64,000 bases of DNA from the IMG/VR virus record IMGVR_UViG_3300046733_001096, positions 14,947-78,946 of that record; one strand, written 5' to 3'. The notes beneath the pieces were generated by a model. The model did not search any database. It saw nothing but the letters and a program-made list of their open reading frames with translations, and was not told where the DNA came from. The translations under genes and the position numbers were made by a program. The stretch is from a virus. Positions 35,338 to 45,275 of the stretch are shown here, piece after piece. The stretch's first letter is position 1, and each line of letters begins with the position of its first letter.

Positions 35338-35558
35338 TGGTTGGTGAACAACATATGGAAATATCAGCACAAGTAGTGCAGAAGTTAGGTTTCTATATGT
35401 TTGTGATAATGACTTCACTACTAATAATATGCATAGGATTTGGTTTCTATGCAGTAATTGATAAGTTCAAAGAACCAAATTGGAAAGAGGCATGCCTTGA
35501 AAAGGGTGGAGTACCAGTTCAACTAGATAAATCAATGTTTGATTGTAAAGGAATATAA
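35337..35558 (+). CDS. small membrane protein
   Basis: One TM helix, C-terminal CLEKGG...DC. Confidence 0.65.
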   Translation: MVGEQHMEISAQVVQKLGFYMFVIMTSLLIICIGFGFYAVIDKFKEPNWKEACLEKGGVPVQLDKSMFDCKGI

Positions 35559-35559
35559 T

Positions 35560-35694
35560 ATGTTAAAAAGATTTGTAAAAGCAATGGAATACCGTTCATA
35601 CTGTATGGCAATTCGTGAATTACGCAACAAAGGCTTATATAAAGAAGCACAACGTGTCAGTGAATATAAGCACAATATGTATCCTACTACTTAG
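35560..35694 (+). CDS. small protein (44 aa)
   Basis: Manual translation MLKRFVKAMEYRSYCMAIRELRNKGLYKEAQRVSEYKHNMYPTT. Confidence 0.65.
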   Translation: MLKRFVKAMEYRSYCMAIRELRNKGLYKEAQRVSEYKHNMYPTT

Positions 35695-35708
35695 TAGTAT
35701 GATCGAAG

Positions 35709-35960
35709 TTAATTAGGACCAGCAATGAAATGTAGTTTGAGCATTATGCCTTCTACATCTGCTGGTTCAAGATAAGGTATAACATCATCTCCGGTATGTA
35801 TACCAGGTAGTTGAACAAAATTATTATCCTTGAACACTGCAATTTCATAAAGTTTTTTGCCTGGTTCTTGAATCACACTCAAATCATAATTACCAAAAGA
35901 CCGTTTGGCTTGAAAGTGTTGCGGTCGTATTTCATTAAATTGTAAATCACAAAAATTCAT
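35709..35960 (-). CDS. hypothetical protein
   Basis: YDLSVI...LYEIAV...DDVIPYL. Confidence 0.65.
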   Translation of the reverse strand: MNFCDLQFNEIRPQHFQAKRSFGNYDLSVIQEPGKKLYEIAVFKDNNFVQLPGIHTGDDVIPYLEPADVEGIMLKLHFIAGPN

Positions 35961-36168
35961 CTAACGTATCCTCAAATTTTTCTTCTATTAATTTAATATG
36001 CTTGCATTTTTTAAATGCCGGGCAATCACAAGTAAACCCCTTATCAGTCATTTTAATTGTATATATATTACCCTTGCTGCCTGATACATACCATTCAGTA
36101 TCAACTGCCCAATGACCCTTAGTATTAATCAGGTCACTGGGAAATATACGTGGTCCATACTTTGCCAT
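35947..36168 (-). CDS. SWIM zinc-finger protein
   Basis: GSKGNIY...CDCPAF..CKHI. Confidence 0.8.
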   Translation of the reverse strand: MAKYGPRIFPSDLINTKGHWAVDTEWYVSGSKGNIYTIKMTDKGFTCDCPAFKKCKHIKLIEEKFEDTLDEFL

Positions 36169-36509
36169 TATATAGTTTCAAATCCAAAGTTTGCTACAAC
36201 TGAACGATTGCCATCAGCATCTTCAATAATATTTCCAACTGAAATACTAGACATTTTTCCAAACCGCTCAATACGATCTTCTGGTCCAATATTTCCTACT
36301 TCAAAAACATGATCAAGGCTGTCAGCAATAATGTTTGCAACATGAGTATAACATTCATCAAATTTCATAGCAGCCTCTTTAAAATTTCCAAATGTGGCAT
36401 CTGCATATGCAGTTGCTTTTTCGTGACAATTCCAGCCCTCTTTATTAACTAGTTCTACTAGTTTTTCATCTAATTGAATTTGATAAACTTTGAAAACTTG
36501 AACTGACAT
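36168..36509 (-). CDS. hypothetical early protein
   Basis: LDHVFE..N...SSISVGNII; GANTC promoter upstream. Confidence 0.7.
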   Translation of the reverse strand: MSVQVFKVYQIQLDEKLVELVNKEGWNCHEKATAYADATFGNFKEAAMKFDECYTHVANIIADSLDHVFEVGNIGPEDRIERFGKMSSISVGNIIEDADGNRSVVANFGFETI

Positions 36510-36540
36510 ATGAGATTTCCTTGTTGCTATCTATACATTC

Positions 36541-36569
36541 TTTATAGACTGATTCGTTTGAATTGTCAA
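36541..36569 (-). promoter_or_regulatory. sigma70 promoter with embedded CGAATCA
   Basis: TTGACA-attcaaaCGAATCAgtc-TATAAA. Confidence 0.8.
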
Positions 36570-36592
36570 GTATTATTTCACACTTTTAAATA

Positions 36593-36778
36593 TTAAGCCT
36601 CGTCAATTAGAGTAAAATATTCCTCTTCATCTTTGCTCAAGTAAATCGCATCAAAAAGATTTTCTGGCACAACGCCTAGACCAACTGCACGACGAGTTTG
36701 ACAATAGTGTGCATAATCTTCACACTCTTTAATTTCTGGTAGATATGGGTGTGATGAAACGATGATTTCTTGTGTCAT
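36593..36778 (-). CDS. hypothetical early protein
   Basis: Own promoter at 36810-36838. Confidence 0.65.
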   Translation of the reverse strand: MTQEIIVSSHPYLPEIKECEDYAHYCQTRRAVGLGVVPENLFDAIYLSKDEEEYFTLIDEA

Positions 36779-36809
36779 GTGATTCTCTTTCTTGTTAACT
36801 TATACATAC

Positions 36810-36838
36810 TTTATATCAGTCGTATGTTAGGTTGTCAA
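36810..36838 (-). promoter_or_regulatory. sigma70 promoter of the same family, lacking GANTC
   Basis: TTGACA-acctaacatacgactga-TATAAA-gtatGTATAAGTT. Confidence 0.75.
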
Positions 36839-37086
36839 GCAAAAAGTGGTTGCATTGTTTCGAAAACTTTGTTGTAAGCATTAACTTCTGCTTCATAGTA
36901 TTCATAAAAATCTGAGTCGTCAGTAAAATGTGCATGGTCACAATTATAACTGGCACAATGTTCATCCCATACACGATTCATTGCTTCCATGCCTTCAAGC
37001 AAATCGCCACGACCATAAGAAGTCATTACTGTTTTAGCATCTTCAAAGGTAGTATCAAACTTATAAAAACTAGGGATTCTAAACAT
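36835..37086 (-). CDS. hypothetical early protein
   Basis: SD GGAG; GANTC promoter upstream. Confidence 0.7.
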   Translation of the reverse strand: MFRIPSFYKFDTTFEDAKTVMTSYGRGDLLEGMEAMNRVWDEHCASYNCDHAHFTDDSDFYEYYEAEVNAYNKVFETMQPLFA

Positions 37087-37119
37087 ATTACATTCTCCGT
37101 TTTCTCAACTTATACATTC

Positions 37120-37148
37120 TTTATAAAGTGATTCGGTTAGAATGTCAA
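37120..37148 (-). promoter_or_regulatory. sigma70 promoter with embedded CGAATCA
   Basis: TTGACA-ttctaacCGAATCActt-TATAAA. Confidence 0.8.
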
Positions 37149-37155
37149 GTAAAAA

Positions 37156-37980
37156 CTAAGAAAAAATATTGTTTATATTGCCTTCAAATATAAAATGTCC
37201 AGTGTGGTCTAATTTTACCAAAGGATCAAGCCATATCTTACCATCAAGATTTTGCCATCGTCTACAAAACGCATAGTCTTCTGATAGATATCTTTTTGTA
37301 TCAGGTTCTAGATATGTATCAAAGAATAAGTATGTCCATTTTGCAAACTCTGGATCCATATTCAAATCATTATTAAAATAAAGATCGGGATATTCTTCAA
37401 TCATTTTTATAATTACTTCACGCTTAATTAGCATGAAACCAGTTGCCGCATCTTTTAACTCTGTAAGACCATCTGTCATTTGTATTTGTGGTTCATCGCC
37501 GTCTAGATTATATCTAAAATTAAGTGCATAGTTTGAACCAACTGAATTTAATAAGTTTGCATCAATTGATGTATTATTTACAACATTATGTTTTATATTA
37601 TTCCAGTTCAAATCTTTTTTAGGATATGCACCAACAATAATATCTTTATCATGTTGTAGCATATGTAAGATATCAAGTGCATCAAAATTTATATCTGCAT
37701 CAATAAACATCATATGTGTTGCTTCTGGATTAGCCATGAAATATGCTACCATATGACATCTAGCACGTGATACTAAACTTTCGTTTGCACTAGTAGTCAG
37801 GGAGTATGGTATTTCATGTTTTGTGAACATCATATGTGCACGTGTCCATGATCTAAAAAACGGTTCTGTTACCTGTCCTCCATAGCAAGGAGTACAGTAA
37901 TGAACATGTGTTTTTCTTATGAAATCTAAATCAATTTCTTTTCTAAATTGCAGGCAATGTTCTAATGCGCTATTGTTCAA
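37156..37980 (-). CDS. GT-A fold glycosyltransferase-like protein
   Basis: TPCYGG, NESLVSRAR, MFIDADI, GAYPKK, TGFMLIKR, LSEDYAFC. Confidence 0.8.
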   Translation of the reverse strand: MNNSALEHCLQFRKEIDLDFIRKTHVHYCTPCYGGQVTEPFFRSWTRAHMMFTKHEIPYSLTTSANESLVSRARCHMVAYFMANPEATHMMFIDADINFDALDILHMLQHDKDIIVGAYPKKDLNWNNIKHNVVNNTSIDANLLNSVGSNYALNFRYNLDGDEPQIQMTDGLTELKDAATGFMLIKREVIIKMIEEYPDLYFNNDLNMDPEFAKWTYLFFDTYLEPDTKRYLSEDYAFCRRWQNLDGKIWLDPLVKLDHTGHFIFEGNINNIFS

Positions 37981-38040
37981 TTTTTATCCGCTTCATCAAT
38001 TTATAGTTATATTATATTATACACGATTCTAAAGTATTTG

Positions 38041-38718
38041 TCAACTTCTTTGATCTTTAATCCAGTTCTTGGCCTGTGGCATAGATGGGGACTTAACTAA
38101 AAATTTATCAATTGCTCTATCAACTTCTAAGAAATTTGATTTACGTTCTGGATCTTCTAGGCCACCAGAGTTATCAACAATATGAAAATTTCCTGCGCCG
38201 AATAACTGCTGAAACTTCATAAGATTCTGCTGTACTGCTTGCCACATCTTAGTCACTTGTTGTCTTGGTAAACTTCTAGGACGATTTTCATTGCGCTCTT
38301 GTGCGACATCTTCACTTGTATTAACAAATAACATCATTGTTTCATAGCCAAGTTCTTTTAATTGTTCATTTGCTTTTTGAACTTTTGCTACATCTTTGCC
38401 AGTGCCATCAATAATAAGTCCTAGACGGCCTTCGATATGCAATTGTTGTTTATTCTTTGTAATCTGTTTTGCACGATTACGAATTTCTTGTCCTTCATCA
38501 GAATAGATATCATCTGGAGTCAATTCTTTTCCTGCTTTATCCATCATATATTCATAAATGTCATCTGAATTTACTGTTCTGAGACCAGTTCCTTTGAGCA
38601 TCTTATTAGCAACAAAACTTTTGCCACTGCCAGGGCCGCCTGCCAGAAATACGGCTTTGAAAATATGAGGATCATTCACACCCTCTTCAATTGATTGTAG
38701 GATTTCATTGACACGCAT
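38041..38718 (-). CDS. zeta-toxin-like P-loop kinase, putative packaged protein
   Basis: MRVNEIL..IEEG leader; AGGPGSGKS, VNSD, IIDGTG, RN..R. Confidence 0.75.
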   Translation of the reverse strand: MRVNEILQSIEEGVNDPHIFKAVFLAGGPGSGKSFVANKMLKGTGLRTVNSDDIYEYMMDKAGKELTPDDIYSDEGQEIRNRAKQITKNKQQLHIEGRLGLIIDGTGKDVAKVQKANEQLKELGYETMMLFVNTSEDVAQERNENRPRSLPRQQVTKMWQAVQQNLMKFQQLFGAGNFHIVDNSGGLEDPERKSNFLEVDRAIDKFLVKSPSMPQAKNWIKDQRS

Positions 38719-38750
38719 TTATACTTACTCCAATAATTTGTTACAGGTAT

Positions 38751-40847
38751 TTATCTAGGATTCAAAACTGTTTGTGATTTTATTGATTCCCACGATGTGA
38801 TACTATTTGCTATTTTAGGAGAAACATTATTAATAATTCTAGTATGGCGTGGTTTTATACTATTAGTAAATAGAATACGCTTTTCTTCTTCTTTAACCGC
38901 ATTAAAATCTGCGCCCGGCGATTCATATGTTAGTTCATTTCTCACACTATATAAGTCACGTAAGATTTTCTTATATCCAGAAAGTTCTTCAATTATTATC
39001 ATTGCTTGTTTTTTTTGTCCAGTTTGGAATATAACTGAATCTGATTCAGTATATAATCTAATATCACTAATTGTATTTCTAATTAATGTCTGTTGTTCAG
39101 TTACATCTTTTCCTATAGTGGGTCTCCACTGTGATTTAAATGTTTTAGCGAGAACTGACACTAGTGGTAATTTATTTCCTTTGTTGTCAGTAGTTATATG
39201 ATTGCCCGCGGTATCTATAATATCTGCATCTGATGCAGCAGATGCAATTTGTGGATTGGATGCAACACCTCTTAGGTCTGGTGTAACAATATTAGGCGCG
39301 GACCCACCTTGTGAAATACCAGCAATATCTTGGATACTAGGCGGTGAATCTAACTCAGGAATAGGCAATTGAGGTGTTTCTCCTCTGGATGCAGCAGAAA
39401 TATTAGATGATGTTGCTGATATTGAATTACTACCAGTTAACGGTTTTTTAACGATACGTTCTGATCCATCAGATGAAGTAATGGTTTCAAATTCTGAACC
39501 TAATCCATTATTACCATTATATAAATCAAATAAGTATGAGTCTATTGGCTGATAGATACTTGCTGCTAAACTGAATGGCGATTGAGGGACTCCTGGCTGT
39601 GAAGATGCATTATCTATTGCACTACCAAGGATTGAGTCAACATCACCGGCAAACGCACGAGGATCTACCGAGGTAGGGATATTAAATCCAGAATTACCTG
39701 TTGGCAACGGAGCATTTAATAGTCCAGCAGCATTTTTTAATGCAGGTGATCCCGTATTCATCAATACTGCTAATTTGCATGGATCCAACATCGCACCAGC
39801 CATTGTCATTGCTGCTAGTTTATCTGCTATCTGTGATGCCATATTTGCAATATTTGCTATTTCTCCAAAGATTTGGTTTGCCACACTTGATACAGCATTC
39901 ATCGCACTTGATGCCATGTTACCTAAATCACCTAGTATGCCTTTAATATTTGGCAATGCCCCTATCACAGAAGCCAATGCTCCATTAACTACGCTAGATA
40001 TATTACTTATTAATAAATTAATATTATCAGATATCGGACCAACTAATCCTGAAATTATATTTGAAATATCACCTGAGATTCCATTAAAGAAATCCATAAC
40101 ACCAGTTTGATTGAGTATATTCAAGAGTGACGATTTTGCGCTATCCAATAGATTAAAGGCACTATCAAAACTACCTGACATTACACCCATTAATTCGTTG
40201 AATAGGCTACAACTATTATCTTGCTCACCAAAAGATTTATTAAGGCTTGACAAGGTGTCAGCATCTTGCAATGTCTGTGGTAAGTCTTGGATCTGTTGTT
40301 CAGTATGTAAATTTAAATTATTAAACATATCAATTGCAACAGTCCCCAACGTTGCACCAAGTAATATTTTATTAAAATCTAATCCAGTTTCCGCTAGTAC
40401 TCCAGTAATAATTGTACTTTTAGCAAGAACGCTACCGCCATTACTGGTATCAGATAACAAATTAAAAGAATCATTTGCACTACTTAATGATGAAACACCT
40501 GGACTTGAATTGTATTCTGTATAGTTTGCAATACCATCTGTAGAAATTATACTGTATGGATTAGTAAAGTTATTATCGGATAGTTCACTTGATATAATAG
40601 ATAATGCTTCCTTTCTATTATATTGCTCTTCAGCCGCGTTTAATTCTGCTAACCGAGAAGGCGACAATTCAATTTTATTTGTTTCATCATAGTATTCTAC
40701 CGGTGTATTAACTGTTTCGCCCAAAGACTCAAATATAATATCGTTTGCAGTAGGGGTATTTGATCCGGTTAGACTACCGCCACCTTTTCTTATAAATTCT
40801 TGATATAGTCTTTCAAATTCTGCTTCACTCATTGACATCTTATTCAC
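38751..40847 (-). CDS. putative virion (baseplate/tail-associated) protein
   Basis: 698 aa Ser/Asn-rich; directly downstream of PAAR. Confidence 0.45.
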   Translation of the reverse strand: MNKMSMSEAEFERLYQEFIRKGGGSLTGSNTPTANDIIFESLGETVNTPVEYYDETNKIELSPSRLAELNAAEEQYNRKEALSIISSELSDNNFTNPYSIISTDGIANYTEYNSSPGVSSLSSANDSFNLLSDTSNGGSVLAKSTIITGVLAETGLDFNKILLGATLGTVAIDMFNNLNLHTEQQIQDLPQTLQDADTLSSLNKSFGEQDNSCSLFNELMGVMSGSFDSAFNLLDSAKSSLLNILNQTGVMDFFNGISGDISNIISGLVGPISDNINLLISNISSVVNGALASVIGALPNIKGILGDLGNMASSAMNAVSSVANQIFGEIANIANMASQIADKLAAMTMAGAMLDPCKLAVLMNTGSPALKNAAGLLNAPLPTGNSGFNIPTSVDPRAFAGDVDSILGSAIDNASSQPGVPQSPFSLAASIYQPIDSYLFDLYNGNNGLGSEFETITSSDGSERIVKKPLTGSNSISATSSNISAASRGETPQLPIPELDSPPSIQDIAGISQGGSAPNIVTPDLRGVASNPQIASAASDADIIDTAGNHITTDNKGNKLPLVSVLAKTFKSQWRPTIGKDVTEQQTLIRNTISDIRLYTESDSVIFQTGQKKQAMIIIEELSGYKKILRDLYSVRNELTYESPGADFNAVKEEEKRILFTNSIKPRHTRIINNVSPKIANSITSWESIKSQTVLNPR

Positions 40848-41149
40848 CCATTAATATATGTTTTGGCTGCACCAGATGCTACTTTAATTCCACACGAATG
40901 AGAGTCATTGACTCTACCAAGTGGTCTACCGTTGACATAAACGTTAGGAGAACCTTGCACTAATGGAGTTACATGTGGAACACAAGACGGTGGTGATCCC
41001 ATGGGTATATGGTGAGGAAAAGTTTTATCCCCTAGCCTATATGCAAGTTTACCTTCAATAATAACATTCTCACTGCCCATACCACACTTCCCAGGAGCAC
41101 AAGGCGCATGGGGCGTTAACATATCTGTTGTTCTTGCAGCCTGTGGCAT
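40844..41149 (-). CDS. PAAR-repeat spike tip protein
   Basis: MPQAAR..D, GSENV.IEG..AYR.GD, GSPNVYVNG.PLGR.ND..SCG. Confidence 0.9.
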   Translation of the reverse strand: MPQAARTTDMLTPHAPCAPGKCGMGSENVIIEGKLAYRLGDKTFPHHIPMGSPPSCVPHVTPLVQGSPNVYVNGRPLGRVNDSHSCGIKVASGAAKTYING

Positions 41150-41460
41150 TATGTAATTAATCCTGGTGTATCTGGCACAACTAATCCGCTTGTTGCGGCT
41201 CTATATGCATCAGTTGTTTCTTTATTTGTTTTTAACACTGCTACTACTTTGTCTGCACTAAATGCCACTTCACCTTCTGCATCACCTGTAATAGTGAAAG
41301 GCTGAAATGCAGCACCTTGTGGTCCAATTGCGATAGTCAGCGGGCGGGCAAGAACAATTGTTTCAGTATTTTCACTTATCAATTTTCCTAATGCCTCTTG
41401 CCCACTCATAAGAGCAATGGTAACAATATCGTTTACTTTGTGTTTCGCTTGTACTAACAT
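41149..41460 (-). CDS. hypothetical protein (possibly Sm-like fold)
   Basis: DIVTIAL.SGQE.LGKL...LARP; C-terminal TSGLVVP. Confidence 0.55.
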   Translation of the reverse strand: MLVQAKHKVNDIVTIALMSGQEALGKLISENTETIVLARPLTIAIGPQGAAFQPFTITGDAEGEVAFSADKVVAVLKTNKETTDAYRAATSGLVVPDTPGLIT

Positions 41461-41511
41461 TTTATCCTCATTCTATTATGTTATATTTATTCTTTTAATT
41501 AACTTATACTA

Positions 41512-41955
41512 TTATATGTCTCTGAATTTCAACGTATCTAAGATAAATTCTTTGGAGAAACGTTTCAAAACATCGAAGTCAGTGAGTGTATCCTCTACAC
41601 GCTCAAGTATTCCACTACTCCTGTTTAATATCCATCCATCCACAACACATATAAGGTAGATATCACCGTATAGTAAATCGTGTATTAATAAAAGTTCAGG
41701 ATCTTTATCTGGGCATGCATGATACACCGTATGGAAACAACCTAAACCGTTTCCACTGTTAGTGTAAAATTCTTCACTGATATATTCCCATACATCAGGC
41801 CAAGTCGAGGGATTATCATAGTTAAATCCGTGACTATGATATTTTAAACTTTTCCACCAATCTACTACTTCTTGTAAGTTAGTTTCTGTGAAATTGTTTT
41901 TAAGTTCAAGTCTTCTCTGACGCCACTCATAAAGAAGTGTCGATTTGTCATTCAT
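41512..41955 (-). CDS. hypothetical protein
   Basis: WR..R...WW...WPDVWE. Confidence 0.65.
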   Translation of the reverse strand: MNDKSTLLYEWRQRRLELKNNFTETNLQEVVDWWKSLKYHSHGFNYDNPSTWPDVWEYISEEFYTNSGNGLGCFHTVYHACPDKDPELLLIHDLLYGDIYLICVVDGWILNRSSGILERVEDTLTDFDVLKRFSKEFILDTLKFRDI

Positions 41956-43962
41956 TTACATTGACCATCTTTTTATTGTATAACTAATCTCAGTTGTATA
42001 AGTTGCATCCTGTACAAAGTGTATTATTAATTCATCATTTTCAACTTTAACATCAAATGTAATGTTAGAAAATTCTAACTCAGGTGCTACTGGTGGAGCA
42101 GGAACAGCAGGTGGTGTAGGATATAATGGATTAGGATACATTTCTGCTATATTATCAGCATTAAGATCCTGCCATAATTCTGTACTTTCATCTGTTAACT
42201 TAACTTGATTTACACCGTGTGGATAACCATTAATTACTTTCATAGTTCCTGTACGTAAGAATAAATTTCCTTCTACTGTACTTTCTTGCTTTAATGAATA
42301 ATCAATAAAGAAAGTACTACATAATTCATAATGATATTTTAAGAATGCATCTTCAGTTATTTCAAATGTTTTCTTAAATAAACTAGAACGTTTGCCGCTA
42401 TGGTGGGAATGTGATGATAGGTGTTGATCTGCGAATATTTGATTATATGTATTCTCAGTCAATACTTCTAAATTTTTGCGGGACCTTGCATAAAATGGCG
42501 CAGTAAATTCTGGGATTTCAATAAAACCAACATTTGTAGTATCAGCATAGTCAACATCTGATGGACTACCAACTAATGACTTTGTATAATAATATGCTCT
42601 ATGTGTATTACTATAATCATATAGAGTATAATCATTTGAACCTGGTTGATCTTTTTCTTTAATATAAATTGTAGCAAGTCCAACTTCGGATGTTTCCGGT
42701 TCTGCGTATACTAACTGATAGTCTAATGTATTTAGAACTGCGATTGCCTCAGTTCTATAAGTTGGTAAAGTAGTATCATCATATCTATAATAGTTATTAA
42801 TTTCTTCTATTGTCATCGAAGACAAATCAGAACCAAGCGGAACAGTTGCAACTCTAGGAGATAGTAAATCAAACTCTGATAACACAAGTGATAACCCATT
42901 CTGTATATCTCTGCTATAATCTATATAGTAATCACCATTTACAAGTTGTGATCCATCACTTCGTAGTGATGGCGTTGAAAGTGGAGTTATATCCAAGTCC
43001 TGTGTTTCAATATCAGTTGTGTGAAATTGAAAATCTTGATCACCTGTTCCCAGATGTTGCCATTCTCCTGCATCACTTCTATGCCAATAAGTAACTCTGT
43101 CCGGTCCAGTAATAACTGCAACATCACCATTTGCGCCGAGACCAGAATCTGGCTGAGACGGCGTTGTTGTGTAGTCTATGCTTGCGTTTAATGGATGATA
43201 ATCAAGAATGTGATCTATGACCTCTGGTACCCATTCAGTATTATCCCACTTGAATAATCCAAAATTTGATTTATTCATATAAGTTGAATTATCATTGGGA
43301 GCAATATCCTGTGACGGCATCGCATCATTGTGTTTCATATATAAGGAAGTTACAGTTACATCTCTTACAGAATCGTATGTTACAGATGTTATAGTGCCTT
43401 GTGTATAATCTTCAACACCAATAACTTCTAATACTTCGCCATCTCCATTTAATGGACCAAGTGCAAGCGATGTAAACTGTACATTAACATCATTTGATGC
43501 GGCGCCCATAGTTCTATATTCAGTGTTGCCAATCTTTTTTATAATATATGTTTTTCCAGGATCAATTTCAGAAGATGGTATTCTGTTATTATCATATTTG
43601 TATTCTTTTAGATATACAGTTTCGCCAACTGTAAAATTCACATTGCCTTTCCATTCTACATTTTGTAAATAAAAATGCATTGCTTCAATTAAAGAATCAA
43701 CGTCTTGAATATTTCTTATTACTAAATCTTCATCAATTTTTAAACCAGGTTCAGGATTATCATCACTATCTAACCAAGTTTGTATAACTGCATGAGCATT
43801 TGCAAATGCATCAAATTGAACTTCATCAATTGCATCATCTATGCCAACGAACAATTGGTTAGTATCTGTGGTGAAACCCATTTCACCTGTTTCTAATGTA
43901 TCAACGCCTATTTCCTCACGGAGGCCGCGTCTTAGTAGAATTTTTACGTTTGTTATTGCCAT
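41956..43962 (-). CDS. virion structural / tail-fibre-like protein
   Basis: N-terminal KILLRRG...LETGEMGFTTDTNQLFVG; late motif upstream. Confidence 0.65.
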   Translation of the reverse strand: MAITNVKILLRRGLREEIGVDTLETGEMGFTTDTNQLFVGIDDAIDEVQFDAFANAHAVIQTWLDSDDNPEPGLKIDEDLVIRNIQDVDSLIEAMHFYLQNVEWKGNVNFTVGETVYLKEYKYDNNRIPSSEIDPGKTYIIKKIGNTEYRTMGAASNDVNVQFTSLALGPLNGDGEVLEVIGVEDYTQGTITSVTYDSVRDVTVTSLYMKHNDAMPSQDIAPNDNSTYMNKSNFGLFKWDNTEWVPEVIDHILDYHPLNASIDYTTTPSQPDSGLGANGDVAVITGPDRVTYWHRSDAGEWQHLGTGDQDFQFHTTDIETQDLDITPLSTPSLRSDGSQLVNGDYYIDYSRDIQNGLSLVLSEFDLLSPRVATVPLGSDLSSMTIEEINNYYRYDDTTLPTYRTEAIAVLNTLDYQLVYAEPETSEVGLATIYIKEKDQPGSNDYTLYDYSNTHRAYYYTKSLVGSPSDVDYADTTNVGFIEIPEFTAPFYARSRKNLEVLTENTYNQIFADQHLSSHSHHSGKRSSLFKKTFEITEDAFLKYHYELCSTFFIDYSLKQESTVEGNLFLRTGTMKVINGYPHGVNQVKLTDESTELWQDLNADNIAEMYPNPLYPTPPAVPAPPVAPELEFSNITFDVKVENDELIIHFVQDATYTTEISYTIKRWSM

Positions 43963-43979
43963 TTCGTGTAACTCCTAGA

Positions 43980-44669
43980 TTACATGTATTTATCAAAATA
44001 CTCTTGAACCTTAGTAGCCCATAACAATGAATACTTGTCAAATTCTTCACCTTCTACAACAAACTCTTGATAATTCCCAAGATTATCTGCCTCAGCATCC
44101 CACCCAATCATCATAATAACAATAGTGCGGATATCAGTGCCATATAATTCATTATGTGCTGCTGCATATGCTGCGCCTTGCAAGAAGTAATCATCAATCC
44201 AAGCACGTTTTTTAGGCTTACGAGTTGTTTTGAAATCAATAATTGCTTGTTGTCCTTTATACACGCCAATACAATCTGCAGTTCCAGCATACAATCCTGG
44301 ATAGTATAATGGCACTTCAGTTCCCCATACTTCACTGATCTTACTAAGTCCATCTTTGATAACAATATCTGATAATTCTTTAGCCATCTGATGTATAAGG
44401 TTTGATCCACTTGGTCTATCTTCTTCAAGAATAAACTTTTCTAAGTGTAGGTGTACTTGTGTGCCAATGCCAGTAGCAAGGTTCATAATACGATTGGCTT
44501 CTTCATTTCCGACACGTTTTCGCCATTCATGTAACGCAGTTTTATCCGCAAGTGCACTCAAAACTGTCGTGACACTTGGCAAGGGCTTACCCTCAGGTGT
44601 TTGATAATGACGGGACCCGTCAAGATTGACACGTGATAGGGGAGCATAGGTATAAGTTTCTTTTAACAT
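43980..44669 (-). CDS. Cas4-like PD-(D/E)XK exonuclease
   Basis: PSVTTVL, W..RVG, GT..H, AGTADC, IIDFKT, Q..AYA. Confidence 0.85.
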   Translation of the reverse strand: MLKETYTYAPLSRVNLDGSRHYQTPEGKPLPSVTTVLSALADKTALHEWRKRVGNEEANRIMNLATGIGTQVHLHLEKFILEEDRPSGSNLIHQMAKELSDIVIKDGLSKISEVWGTEVPLYYPGLYAGTADCIGVYKGQQAIIDFKTTRKPKKRAWIDDYFLQGAAYAAAHNELYGTDIRTIVIMMIGWDAEADNLGNYQEFVVEGEEFDKYSLLWATKVQEYFDKYM

Positions 44670-44675
44670 AGTCTT

Positions 44676-44704
44676 ATTATACTATACTTTCATACAAATT
44701 ACAA
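44676..44704 (-). promoter_or_regulatory. sigma70 promoter, 6 nt from -10 to ATG (leaderless)
   Basis: TTGTAA-N17-TATAAT-aagact-ATG. Confidence 0.65.
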
Positions 44705-44736
44705 GTCTTTATTTACTATAACACTCCGTTTTCAAG

Positions 44737-44766
44737 AAAAAAGCGTAAGAGAAAACCCTTACGCTT
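44737..44766 (-). terminator. intrinsic terminator
   Basis: AAGCGTAAG...CTTACGCTT followed by Ts. Confidence 0.75.
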
Positions 44767-44792
44767 CAATATATTATAATTTTTTAAATTAA

Positions 44793-45275
44793 TTACAAAT
44801 GTTTTTTTAATTCTTCAATCATAGTTACTTTTGTATGTCTACGATCTAGTTGAACGCCTAGATTTTCATCTGCCCATACATCTATTTCCTTCTTAGTCAT
44901 AGATGTAAAATCAGGAGTAGTTTTTTCTTTTTTATCATTTTTAGTTTCTACTACTATACTTGGTGCGGCCATGTCTACTGTAATTGGAGCAACTGTTTCA
45001 ACTACTGCATCTTTTACTTTTTCTTCAACTGCAACTTGAATTTGTTCTTTTTCAAGTTTTTCCGCTACAGATGCTGCCTGTGACTCTGCAATTAGTGCAG
45101 CATTTTCTCTTGCTGCTTTATTTGCAAGTGTCTCTCTGCGTCTTTCTGCGACTTCTGGAGATAACGTTTTCAAAACTTCTTCAGTTGTATTATTCTCAAT
45201 AGATTTAAGTAAATCCTTCATTTCTTTTTTAGAAACTATTTTCGGTTCTTTACCGCCTTTAATAATAAGTGGCAT
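44793..45275 (-). CDS. hypothetical protein with C-terminal HeH/Rho-N-like motif
   Basis: SMTKKEI..WA...GVQLDRR.TK..MIEEL. Confidence 0.55.
   Translation of the reverse strand: MPLIIKGGKEPKIVSKKEMKDLLKSIENNTTEEVLKTLSPEVAERRRETLANKAARENAALIAESQAASVAEKLEKEQIQVAVEEKVKDAVVETVAPITVDMAAPSIVVETKNDKKEKTTPDFTSMTKKEIDVWADENLGVQLDRRHTKVTMIEELKKHL

Noticed and set aside
43980-44669. CRISPR-Cas system suggested by the Cas4-like gene
   Set aside because: No repeat-spacer array or other cas genes were seen; solo Cas4-like exonucleases are common in phages
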